A stretch of DNA of 64,000 nucleotides, taken from the sequence record OP589283.1, one strand, 5' to 3'. Every line of letters begins with the position of its first letter. Position 1 is the first letter of the stretch. Below the pieces are notes generated by a model, which saw only the letters and a list, made by a program, of their open reading frames with translations, had not been told where the DNA came from and did not search any database. This document shows positions 18,527 to 27,821 of the stretch, piece by piece. Position numbers and translations under genes: made by a program.

Positions 18527-19642
18527 TTACGATTTAGGCCCCCAGTATTCGAGTTCCATTGTTTTAATGTTAATTAATGGATAAACTCGCTTTTTACCGT
18601 ATTGGGCAGAGAAATATTCATCTACCGTTAACTTACGGTAATAAGACGTTCTAACATCAGGCTCTAAACGAGGATTAAAATAATAACTGGTTTGGTTAAA
18701 CATTTCACAAGCAATAATGCTGTTGTAACGAAACCCCACCCCTTCAAAGTTCATTTCATATTCGTCTTGACCTTGCCCTCTGAGACTATCAGATGTTCGG
18801 TCAATGGTACTTTGTGCGCCAACCGGCAACATATTAGGGACAGTCGAACCTGTACAATATATCCCTTCAAGGTTACGCATGTTTTTATTTAAGATTAAAT
18901 GATAAATGCGACAGTCGTAATCCGTGTAGTTTTGATACAAAGGTTCATTATAAGGCGCCATGCCTTCATCACCCAATTTCACACCTTCAATATATTGTAC
19001 CCAAGATTCGAACATCATAGGAAGTATATTGGGTTTAATCATGTTGTAAGTTTGGCGGATGTTTAAGTCGCCGTTGAAGGTAAGAATGCCGTCTACATTC
19101 ATGTAAACTTGGTTACGGAAACCAGGACTGCTTTTACTGAAATTTAAGGTGAGGTCGGGGAACCCAGTACTGACTTTACAAAGGTTAGTTAGTGGAGGTA
19201 TCCAAGCGTACTGATTATCAAATAAATCGTTCACCATCAATCGACCAACTCGACGGTCTAGCATACCTTTTATATAACCTTGAATACTGTGATTACGAGG
19301 CTTTAAAAGGAAGCATAAATTTTCATGGTTTTGAATATTATCATCGCTTAGATTCAATAGGGGGCGGGAAACGAAGTTTAATCCTATGACGTTATCTGGT
19401 AAGGGTACCATCTCATTACCAGGGCCCAATATCCGGATGCCACTTAAGGCTGCGGAAATGGTTGCGGTATATCCAGGACCCCCATTTTCTTGGAACGCAA
19501 AATCTAAAATAGAATCCCGTTGATCTTTATTGTTTAAATCGAGATTCGGTCGTCCATCGGCGGAAGCACTCGTTAAAGCAGTAGGGGTGTTGTTATTTGT
19601 TGTCCCAAGCAACTTTTTAACTGAGGGGTTATTTTCACTCAT
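18527..19642 (-). CDS. Virion tail/baseplate protein (gp88-like; tail-tube-type fold probable)
   Basis: 371 aa, co-oriented with gp87-like; DYDCRIYHLIL...YCTG...P segment resembles tube/initiator proteins. Confidence 0.65.
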   Translation of the reverse strand: MSENNPSVKKLLGTTNNNTPTALTSASADGRPNLDLNNKDQRDSILDFAFQENGGPGYTATISAALSGIRILGPGNEMVPLPDNVIGLNFVSRPLLNLSDDNIQNHENLCFLLKPRNHSIQGYIKGMLDRRVGRLMVNDLFDNQYAWIPPLTNLCKVSTGFPDLTLNFSKSSPGFRNQVYMNVDGILTFNGDLNIRQTYNMIKPNILPMMFESWVQYIEGVKLGDEGMAPYNEPLYQNYTDYDCRIYHLILNKNMRNLEGIYCTGSTVPNMLPVGAQSTIDRTSDSLRGQGQDEYEMNFEGVGFRYNSIIACEMFNQTSYYFNPRLEPDVRTSYYRKLTVDEYFSAQYGKKRVYPLINIKTMELEYWGPKS

Positions 19643-19675
19643 ATTAAAATCGTCCTAATAGACAGGAGTTAGATA

Positions 19676-20782
19676 ATGATAGGTCAAGCCATCACACTGG
19701 GTAAATTCCTTCTGGATGTTGCCCAAGCTAAATTTCCAGAAAGTACCGATATCAAAGAAGCGGCTGATCTGGCAGACTCGGCAAAATACGCATATAATGT
19801 CCTCAGTACCACCTCTGTTCATCAGTCTGCATCAAAAGCCATTATCTCTCCGATGGTGGCAATTGAAGACTCTTTAATCAACAAAGAGTGGGCTCGTGAC
19901 TTGATGCAGGTTATTCAAATTCGTGACGTTTTAGCGGTATTAACTCATTTGAGCATGAAAGGTTCAGTGGGTATGGGTTTGCGTATCCAAGACCTTGTTG
20001 GTGAAATCAATCCAAACCGTTCAGGGTTAATGGCGTTGATGGGCTGCGAAGCAATGGCGGATAAAGACCCTCGTAAACCCGCAACAAAAGAAGAACCGCA
20101 ATTTACACCGGGTGAAATCAAAACCGAAATTAAATCTAAAGAACTGATGGAATATACCCCATTGGCTGTAGGTAAAGTAGTAAATGCGTCTGTTTATAAC
20201 GAACAGGGACGTGTGATTAACTTCCCATTGACGTTCCGTCAAATTCCGGTACCTATGCCTTATACTGCTTTATTAAATGTGTTTAAAGCAGTAGGTATCG
20301 ACGAAACATACGCAGGTCGTTATCTCAAGCTTAAAGTAGGTGCAGTTACTGCTCCTGAATTTTTAAGCGGTAAAGACATCATCAAAGAACGTTTCAATAT
20401 CGCTAAAAACGATATGTCTCGTTATTACACCGAAAGCATGAAACGTGAAACAGCAAATAAACAAGCTGCTATCCGTACAGGTGTGATGTCTATGAACACA
20501 TTGGCAAACACCATTATTCTTTCCCAAGATACCATGAACCAAATTGAACTTGAAATTGGTCGTCGTATCAGTAACCCTGATGGTCGTTCTAAAATCTTCC
20601 ACGAAGTAAAAGCCAACACTATTGTGGTGTGCAATGAAAACCGTGGGTTATTCGTCTTCTATTCTATCGCAAGTTCAATGGAAGAGATTTACACCCGTAA
20701 CGATCTTAAAGTCAAATCTTCAGGCGCTGACAACGCGATGACTCAAGAAGAGTTAATTCGCATTATGGCGGCTTCACGCTAG
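19676..20782 (+). CDS. Abundant head (inner-body) protein (gp89-like)
   Basis: AGGAG RBS; GCE site; high-expression codon usage; gene order. Confidence 0.75.
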   Translation: MIGQAITLGKFLLDVAQAKFPESTDIKEAADLADSAKYAYNVLSTTSVHQSASKAIISPMVAIEDSLINKEWARDLMQVIQIRDVLAVLTHLSMKGSVGMGLRIQDLVGEINPNRSGLMALMGCEAMADKDPRKPATKEEPQFTPGEIKTEIKSKELMEYTPLAVGKVVNASVYNEQGRVINFPLTFRQIPVPMPYTALLNVFKAVGIDETYAGRYLKLKVGAVTAPEFLSGKDIIKERFNIAKNDMSRYYTESMKRETANKQAAIRTGVMSMNTLANTIILSQDTMNQIELEIGRRISNPDGRSKIFHEVKANTIVVCNENRGLFVFYSIASSMEEIYTRNDLKVKSSGADNAMTQEELIRIMAASR

Positions 20783-20792
20783 GAACTAACAA

Positions 20793-21662
20793 ATGAAAAT
20801 TTTTGAATTCAGTAACCGTGTTAAAACACACAAAACTTCTGAACTGCTTTTCATGCTCACTCACTTACGTACTTCTGTGGAAGATTTATCAAACACATTA
20901 GTGCGTATTGAAGAAAGCCATCTTGGTATTGAAGCCAAAGCAGCAGAGTGGATGGTGTCTAAAAGTTTGATGCGTGAAGTGGCCAAAGTATTACGTATGG
21001 ATACCAAACGTCCATACTGTAATGTCATGGAACATTGTTTCCGCACAATTGATGCTGTTTGTAAAGAGTTAGAAAAGGAAATTACTCACAGCAAAGAAAA
21101 GGTGTGGAACGGTGCAACTCTTACCTTTAAACAAGCGGCTGTGTTAGACACTATTAACGCGTTAGAGAACTGGGTGGACTATACTTACCTATGTTTTGAC
21201 GTATTGGTAGGCGAAGGTTTTGGCAGTTCACTGTCTAAATCGGATTTAGATTTGTTGAATGGCACACTCCGTTATTACACCGGGTTAACCTTTGAATATT
21301 CAAAAGGCATCAGTGCGTGGAAAGCAGAGTTTGACAATGTTGCTGAAGTGGTTGTTACTGAAGAAAACGAATCTGTAATTGAAGTATCTGATAAATTACG
21401 CACTCGTTTAACCAGTAACAGTATCGGCATCCATAAACTGAATCCGAAGTTCTGGTTTGATTTGGGTCGTTCTCGTTATGATTTAAGCCGCCTAGAAGCG
21501 CTTAATCGTTACAACGAACAACTCAACATGATGATCAATTTGGCGAATACCAAAAAGAGTGGTGGTGATGACGCCGTTCTTGAAAACCAAATTAACGTCT
21601 ATCGCAACCAGATTAACATTAATCGTGCGAAACAAGAAGAGATTGTGAAACGCTATGAGTAA
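20793..21662 (+). CDS. Head protein (gp90-like)
   Basis: AGGA RBS, 289 aa, gene order. Confidence 0.75.
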   Translation: MKIFEFSNRVKTHKTSELLFMLTHLRTSVEDLSNTLVRIEESHLGIEAKAAEWMVSKSLMREVAKVLRMDTKRPYCNVMEHCFRTIDAVCKELEKEITHSKEKVWNGATLTFKQAAVLDTINALENWVDYTYLCFDVLVGEGFGSSLSKSDLDLLNGTLRYYTGLTFEYSKGISAWKAEFDNVAEVVVTEENESVIEVSDKLRTRLTSNSIGIHKLNPKFWFDLGRSRYDLSRLEALNRYNEQLNMMINLANTKKSGGDDAVLENQINVYRNQININRAKQEEIVKRYE

Positions 21663-22170
21663 ATTCAAACAGACTCCTCATGGTAGTTTATACGTTAAAT
21701 CTACCGACAGTTTTACCGAAGCGGTCTATACACTAAAACTGTATATTCGTGCTGCGGCAGCAGCAACCTCTCTCAAATATGACCCCAAGTCAACCATTGC
21801 GATTATGAATCTCTGCCGTGAACTGAGCGGCGGTAACTTTAAAGATTTCTTAATTGAAAACTTCAATAATGGGTTTGCCCGTCGTGCTGATTTGGTTACT
21901 TCTATCGTTCGTTATTTAAATGGTGAGGTGACTAATCGTGCAGTGACAACCCAACTCAAGATTGGTGAAAATGAATTTCTCCAACGTGTGAGTAAAGATT
22001 TAAACTTTACTCACACTGTTTCTGAAATGCACACTGCTGCTTTACCGAAAGGAATGGAGCAAGTAACCAATCGTGATTTCTATCGCTTAATTGAATGCAT
22101 GGGGCCTGTAAAGGTTGCACGGTTATTCCTAATGTTGTCTGGAGATACCTACCATGTCATTAGACAATAA
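21655..22170 (+). CDS. Virion protein (gp91-like)
   Basis: Overlaps both neighbours; 171 aa. Confidence 0.75.
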   Translation: MSKFKQTPHGSLYVKSTDSFTEAVYTLKLYIRAAAAATSLKYDPKSTIAIMNLCRELSGGNFKDFLIENFNNGFARRADLVTSIVRYLNGEVTNRAVTTQLKIGENEFLQRVSKDLNFTHTVSEMHTAALPKGMEQVTNRDFYRLIECMGPVKVARLFLMLSGDTYHVIRQ

Positions 22171-23443
22171 AAATCTCGCTATGGAGATGGCAGCTATCAA
22201 CATGGTCAATTCTCAAGAGTTGGCCGAAAACAGCGCCATTGTTTCCGAAATCATTGATCTACAAAACAAAGTAAAAGAACGCATTGAAGTCGTCAGTGAC
22301 GTGAAAGAAGTTATCGAAGAATTAAAAGACCGTGAAGTCAGTCCAGACACCGCGGTCATATTGGATAAACAACTGGAACGTCAAGGTGCGTTGAAATCTA
22401 AGTTAGTTTCTGGTGCAGAATGTTTATGTCGTGATATCTCTCCTGCTGAATGGAGAAAAAGTCGTATTACGGCATGTGAAGGATTCATCACAGAAAGCAT
22501 GGCTTTCTTAGAACGTTCTGCTAAATTACTAATTTCAAACTTTTCAGATGCAAAGGTGATGTTAACTACCTCCGTTAATGACGCTAAAAGCTCTTTAGAT
22601 GAGTTAGAAGCGAAAGTTAATGGGGTAGATAACTGGCTGAAAATTTTATCGCCTAAAATCGATTTAGGGTACCATTTATTTAACCACCTTAAATTAGGTA
22701 ACGAAGTGACTGAAAACTTTGAAGCCGAATTTAAACGAGTGGGTAACGTAGTAAATGCGTTGACGCGAATTTATTATAAAGAAAGTGCAAACAATCTGAA
22801 TGATATTTTCCGTATTTTTGGCGGAGTACGTATTTGTAACTCTCCTGAAGAAGTTCAACAGTATTTACACAACATCCCGTTCTCTCTCAAGAATAAACAT
22901 TTTGATGAATGCCGTGTTCTTGAGAGTAATAAAGAAGGGGTGTCAATTAAACGTTCTGCTGAATTGATAGGTGACCGCTATTTCATTTCTACTGTGCTTG
23001 ACCCAAAAGCATTCGGTAAATCTGATGAAGCATTCAGTAATTGGGTTACCACTTATGTTTCGAATGCGGGTGTAACCTTTTCGGGAACACCGGAGCGTGT
23101 TTACACCGGTAAATTCATTGTTAATGCATTGACAAAAGAAACCATGTTAAAACTGATTGCTTCTCTTAAGGGGACGTTGGAAACATGGGAAAAGGTGTAT
23201 TCAACTGGTGAAAACGAAATCGTCTCAATTAAAGAGATGAAAAGTTCACTGGAAGAGTTCACAACGCTTAATGCTAACAAAGAACATATCGTTTTGTTAT
23301 CTGAAGCATTCGACAAGTTGGTCTGGGCTAATCAACATCAACTATTAACGTTACGAAACAACATCACTAAGTATTTGGTAATTTTGACTTCTGCGTTAGT
23401 GAGATTGGTGAACCTCAGTATTGAGGCAAGGACAGCACTATGA
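22154..23443 (+). CDS. Processed head protein, internal-protein paralog family (gp92-like)
   Basis: E-rich propeptide, GAECL...ACEGF processing pattern. Confidence 0.75.
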   Translation: MSLDNKNLAMEMAAINMVNSQELAENSAIVSEIIDLQNKVKERIEVVSDVKEVIEELKDREVSPDTAVILDKQLERQGALKSKLVSGAECLCRDISPAEWRKSRITACEGFITESMAFLERSAKLLISNFSDAKVMLTTSVNDAKSSLDELEAKVNGVDNWLKILSPKIDLGYHLFNHLKLGNEVTENFEAEFKRVGNVVNALTRIYYKESANNLNDIFRIFGGVRICNSPEEVQQYLHNIPFSLKNKHFDECRVLESNKEGVSIKRSAELIGDRYFISTVLDPKAFGKSDEAFSNWVTTYVSNAGVTFSGTPERVYTGKFIVNALTKETMLKLIASLKGTLETWEKVYSTGENEIVSIKEMKSSLEEFTTLNANKEHIVLLSEAFDKLVWANQHQLLTLRNNITKYLVILTSALVRLVNLSIEARTAL

Positions 23444-24456
23444 GACTACTAACTCTTTATGTCGCCGGATTGGAAGAACATACTGACTTTTTGGAATCTC
23501 AAGCTGAACTGAAGAAATTGGTGCGTGCAGTTAATCAATCGATTGACCATGTTGATTATGTCACGGGGAACGAAGACTTTAAAGAAGTCATGGCTTCTGT
23601 AAAAGAAGCCTCTTTCCCCATTGTCAAAAAGATGTCTGAATCTGCATGGACTGCCACTAAGTTCCTTAGTAAAGAAGGTTTTAATCTTGCGGTGAAAGCA
23701 CTTAATACGTCTTCACTGAAAATTAAAAAACTTTCTGAGAACAACAAGTACTTCCTAAAAGAAATCGTGAGTCAATTACCAGAAAGTCATGACGTTGAAG
23801 TGACCTTAGGTAACCTGGCTGCAATCACACGGGATGGGAAGATAGGTGACTTTATTCGCGATATTGATGAATACAAAGATGTTGTCAATGCCATGAATAA
23901 ACACGGTGATGCAGTTCTTGATTACATGAACTCTATTATTGTCATTGTGTCTAAGGTATCTAAAACATCAACCGACAAAGATGTTATGTCGATGCTGGAA
24001 AAACTAGATAACCTTCGTTATCCCAAATTGTCGTTGGAAAACCATTTGTTACCGGGTGGAAGAACTATTGAATTTTCTGAAAAAGAAGGTTCAGTAAAAT
24101 ATTCTATGTTAACAGATAAACCATCTGCAACGAGTGAAACAAAGCATTACAGTAAAGATGAGATGAAATCCATCCTAAATAAACTGGTGGAGTTAAACGA
24201 TTCCTTACTCCTGATTAAGAAAGGTCAGGAAAAGTTTATTGCCTCTATGAAAACATGGAATGAAAAACTTCCTACAATCATGGGGAACTTGGTTGATAAC
24301 ACAGTACTCAGCTCAGGTGCCAAAAGTGAAATCAAGGCGGCGGTTCAACTAAACCCCGCTATCATCTCATTTTATGGTGAAATATACCCAGAGTTGGGTG
24401 CATGCGTTAACTCATACATCATTACGTTATCAGGTAATTTCGCCAAGATAATTTAA
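23440..24456 (+). CDS. Processed head protein paralog
   Basis: GLE and GNE(43-45) sites; PGGRTIEF segment; ATGA overlap with upstream gene. Confidence 0.75.
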   Translation: MRLLTLYVAGLEEHTDFLESQAELKKLVRAVNQSIDHVDYVTGNEDFKEVMASVKEASFPIVKKMSESAWTATKFLSKEGFNLAVKALNTSSLKIKKLSENNKYFLKEIVSQLPESHDVEVTLGNLAAITRDGKIGDFIRDIDEYKDVVNAMNKHGDAVLDYMNSIIVIVSKVSKTSTDKDVMSMLEKLDNLRYPKLSLENHLLPGGRTIEFSEKEGSVKYSMLTDKPSATSETKHYSKDEMKSILNKLVELNDSLLLIKKGQEKFIASMKTWNEKLPTIMGNLVDNTVLSSGAKSEIKAAVQLNPAIISFYGEIYPELGACVNSYIITLSGNFAKII

Positions 24457-24501
24457 TTAAATTGTTTTTACATTCTTTTTAGAGATAAAGGATAGATTGT
24501 T

Positions 24502-25770
24502 ATGAAAAATATTTTGTTAGCCTACTCCGGCGCTGAAGAACTGGAACAACAAGGCCTGCTTGAAGGCCACGTTGAGCAAATCGCTGAAGAAGCCGCAAAA
24601 GCTGAAGTTGCTGAAGCTGTTGCCGAAGTTGCTGAAGTTTCTGAAGAAGTAGCTGAAATTGCCGAAAAACTCGAAGAGCTTGAAGAAGCTCATGAAGAGT
24701 TAGTTGAAACTGTTGAAGGTATGGAAGAATTGCTGGCCAGCGGTTCATTCCACGGTGGTACTTTTGCTCGTCTGTATTCTCGTGCCGGTAAACTGTCTGC
24801 TAAGTTAGGCGGTTCAAAAGGCGGTCGTCAAGGCGTTGAATCATTTGGTGACGCTTCTACTGCAACCATCAATGCCCGCAACGGTATGGAAGGTTTCATG
24901 GACACTGCCAAGAAGTGGGGCAACCAAGCCATCGAATTCATCAAAGCCCTGTTCAATCGTTTGATCTCTTTCGTTGTTGGTATCTTCGATACTGCCAAAG
25001 GCCTTGACAAGCGCGCAAGCTTCCTTGAAGAGCGTGTGAAGAAAGCCGAAATCAAAGACGATAAGAAAGTGAGCTTAGGTGGCTGGAACACCCTCCTTGA
25101 CATCGCAACCAACAAAACACCTTCTAACGTTGAAGTTTCTCGTGGTGGTGCCGGTGCTATTTACACTTCTGTGTTTGGCAGTGGTTTTGCTAATTCTGTT
25201 GAAAGCGCCGCTAAAGCAGGCAACATGTCACCAGTGTTATCAAGCTTCAAAACTCAGTACGAAACTCTGCTGAAACCTTTACAACATGGTAAAGACGTAA
25301 CTGGTAGCGACAGCGATACTACCGGTAAACTGCTCCAAGTCGGTGCATGGCGTATGCTGGTTAGCTTCTATAAAGGCGATATGGAAAAAGTTGAAGACAT
25401 GGTTGCTGCACTGAAAGCGTTAAGCTTCAAGTTCACTAAAGACGGCGAAGCTGCTAAGAAACTGACTGGTGACAGCGTTCCTGCGTTGGCCAAATCTGAA
25501 CTGTCTGCTCTGTTGACTTCTGCAAAATCAACGATCACTAGCGTACAAAAAGCCAAGTTAGAAGACCAGTTCTCTAAAGGCCGTCGCGACAAAATTGTTG
25601 GCTTGTTAACCATCGCTACTAAGGACGTAGAAGACAAGAAAGACGTTAAAGCCGCTGTAAGTTTCATCAAGCAATACTGCGCGACTTCAGGTTCTTTCCT
25701 GACTGCGTTCACCAAAGCTCAGTTACGTGTAGCTGAAGCTAAAATTAACTGTGTGGCTGCACACGTTTAA
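24502..25770 (+). CDS. High-copy internal head protein (phiKZ gp93-family)
   Basis: (AEV)n acidic propeptide; GAE/GME/GVE/GME(128-130) sites; mature N-terminus GFMDTAKKWGNQAIEFIKALF; strong codon bias. Confidence 0.85.
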   Translation: MKNILLAYSGAEELEQQGLLEGHVEQIAEEAAKAEVAEAVAEVAEVSEEVAEIAEKLEELEEAHEELVETVEGMEELLASGSFHGGTFARLYSRAGKLSAKLGGSKGGRQGVESFGDASTATINARNGMEGFMDTAKKWGNQAIEFIKALFNRLISFVVGIFDTAKGLDKRASFLEERVKKAEIKDDKKVSLGGWNTLLDIATNKTPSNVEVSRGGAGAIYTSVFGSGFANSVESAAKAGNMSPVLSSFKTQYETLLKPLQHGKDVTGSDSDTTGKLLQVGAWRMLVSFYKGDMEKVEDMVAALKALSFKFTKDGEAAKKLTGDSVPALAKSELSALLTSAKSTITSVQKAKLEDQFSKGRRDKIVGLLTIATKDVEDKKDVKAAVSFIKQYCATSGSFLTAFTKAQLRVAEAKINCVAAHV

Positions 25771-25801
25771 TTAATAATCCGGTGATTACAACCAGATAAG
25801 A

Positions 25802-25839
25802 AAAACCAGAGTAGTCGGGAAACCGGCTACTCTGGTTTT
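25802..25839 (+). terminator. Intrinsic terminator with GAAA tetraloop
   Basis: AAAACCAGAGTAGTCGG-gaaa-CCGGCTACTCTGGTTTT. Confidence 0.85.
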
Positions 25840-25871
25840 ATGTCTTTCTTTTTTATGAGTAAGGATTTTTT

Positions 25872-26816
25872 ATGATCAGTGGAATACTTCGGGACAAAAG
25901 ACAACATACATCTCACAACAGTTTATCCACCAAAGATGTATCCGCTTACTTACTTTCATCATTAGTACCTGAGAAAGTAATCGATGGAAATGAAGGTTTG
26001 GTGGATGGTGTTATTAACGCTGTTAAATCAGTAATTAAGAAAATCGTTGAAGGGTTTAAGTGGCTTTGGAATAAACTGTTTGGTTCTGGCGGTGATGTGG
26101 CTGGGTTTAAGAAAGGATTAAAAGAACTTAAAGGCGCTAAGCTTAAGCCCCAGGGATTAACGTTTAATAAAAAGATTTTGTATTTTGTTAAACGAGAACA
26201 TTGGGGTGACGCAACAAGTGCGTTAAAAGATTTGGTTGATACGTCAGAAACTTTATTAAAGATGGCCAAACGCATCAACGGTTTGATGCTTAACTATCAA
26301 CGCACTTACATCAGTGAAAAGTTTATAAGTGACCAGCGAAACGATAAACATTCTAAGATAGAATCTACGTTTGCTATCTCTCCCGGATTAGTTATCGAGT
26401 TTAAGTATGACCCCTCCCAAAAGGAGAAAACATCCAAAGACAACGTCACTATAGAAAAAACCGCGGTCACTGCGGCTGAAGCCGAACAAAACAATGGTAT
26501 TTTTAATATTACCCGTGAAGCGTTTGAAACAATAGTTAAAAATCTTATTTCTATCGATGAAGAGATTAAGACCAGTGAAAAGAGTTTCTTAGAAATTACA
26601 AAAATGTGGGAAACACATTTTAAGAATTTCACTTATACTGATAAGTTTAAAAACGCTGGCGATAGTCAAAGTCAGGACGATTTCAACAAAGCATATTTTG
26701 TTGAAACAGCCAATTATTTAAACGTTCAATTTAAACTTATTAAAACTCTTTGGATTAATTTTACAAAAGAAATCGAAGAGTTTAAATCCTTAGTTGAAAG
26801 TTTTACTGAAAAGTAG
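25872..26816 (+). CDS. Head protein paralog (314 aa)
   Basis: VPEKVIDGNE-GLVDGVINAVKSVIKKIVEGFKWLWNKLF. Confidence 0.8.
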   Translation: MISGILRDKRQHTSHNSLSTKDVSAYLLSSLVPEKVIDGNEGLVDGVINAVKSVIKKIVEGFKWLWNKLFGSGGDVAGFKKGLKELKGAKLKPQGLTFNKKILYFVKREHWGDATSALKDLVDTSETLLKMAKRINGLMLNYQRTYISEKFISDQRNDKHSKIESTFAISPGLVIEFKYDPSQKEKTSKDNVTIEKTAVTAAEAEQNNGIFNITREAFETIVKNLISIDEEIKTSEKSFLEITKMWETHFKNFTYTDKFKNAGDSQSQDDFNKAYFVETANYLNVQFKLIKTLWINFTKEIEEFKSLVESFTEK

Positions 26817-26825
26817 AAGGTATTT

Positions 26826-27674
26826 ATGGAAATTTATCAAAGATTATTAACTACTACTGTCCCTGAAGTTGTAGTGGTGGGTAGCGAAGGTTTAGTCGAT
26901 GGTATTATTGGATTTATCCAGAAAATTATCCAGAAAATCATTGATGGCATTAAATGGATCTTCAGTAAAATTTTTAGTAGCAGTAAAGAATCTACTATTA
27001 AAGCAACTGAAGAAAAGATGAAGAATGGTACCCCTAAGAAATCTATAGCTTATACTAAACCAGTGATGTATGCCATTGCTGACGGTATGGCGGGTGACAC
27101 CTCAAAATGCAACTCTCACATTGTTGCTTATGTTGGGGAATTAGAAAAAACCCACACCAAAATACAAGACCGGATGACCAAACATTCCAACCAAATGCAA
27201 CCGGGACTTTTAAAAGCACTTGAAAAGGTTACGATAAAGAAAATTGAAGAAGAATTTTTCTTATCACATCGTTCTTCTGTTAAAGTGAATTTTGACCCTA
27301 ATAGTGCTGACCATAGCAATTCAATTTTCAAGGTAACTCATGGTTCTCGCGATTTCAGTAAACCAGAAAAAATCACTGAAAACTTAGAACTAAGAGAAGA
27401 AACCTGTAATAAATGTTTTTCTGTGTTCGGTAAGTTAATGGCTAAACGTAAACTTTTCCAAGCTTTGTTTGATAAGATCCATGATGCGTGGGCAAAGGAT
27501 TATACCAATCTTGCTAGGTCTAAAGAAATTGCTGAAATACCGGATTTAAAATTACGATTGGAAACGTTCAGAATAGAAGTGAGTACGATTACTGCCCTTG
27601 CGGAAATGTTCGATAAAGAACATGAAATTTTTACCGCACTATGTCAACAGATGTACGAAACAAAAGGAAAGTGA
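26826..27674 (+). CDS. Head protein paralog (282 aa)
   Basis: VPEVVVVGSE-GLVDGIIGFIQKIIQKIIDGIKWIFSKIF, clearly related to the preceding gene. Confidence 0.8.
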   Translation: MEIYQRLLTTTVPEVVVVGSEGLVDGIIGFIQKIIQKIIDGIKWIFSKIFSSSKESTIKATEEKMKNGTPKKSIAYTKPVMYAIADGMAGDTSKCNSHIVAYVGELEKTHTKIQDRMTKHSNQMQPGLLKALEKVTIKKIEEEFFLSHRSSVKVNFDPNSADHSNSIFKVTHGSRDFSKPEKITENLELREETCNKCFSVFGKLMAKRKLFQALFDKIHDAWAKDYTNLARSKEIAEIPDLKLRLETFRIEVSTITALAEMFDKEHEIFTALCQQMYETKGK

Positions 27675-27783
27675 GTTGGAACATTTTGGTCGCGTACTAT
27701 TCCAAGTTGACAGACTTTATAATTTGTCATGTACATTTGGTAGTAGTGTAGAAAGTTATTTAAGATAACTTAAATCAATTTCT

Positions 27784-27803
27784 TTAAATCTTATTGTACT
27801 AAC
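27784..27803 (+). promoter_or_regulatory. Candidate early-type promoter (weaker match)
   Basis: TTAAATCTTATTGTACTAAC, 14/20 identical to the 1791 copy. Confidence 0.4.
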
Positions 27804-27821
27804 TTAAACGGGGTACCCCTC

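Noticed and set aside
24590-24700. GCTGAAGTT-like 9-nt tandem repeats
   Set aside because: Explained by the (AEV)n propeptide and codon bias; not a separate DNA element
27707-27723. TTGACA and TATAAT hexamers resembling a sigma70 promoter
   Set aside because: The spacer is only 5 nt (15-19 needed), and both hexamers lie in a hairpin
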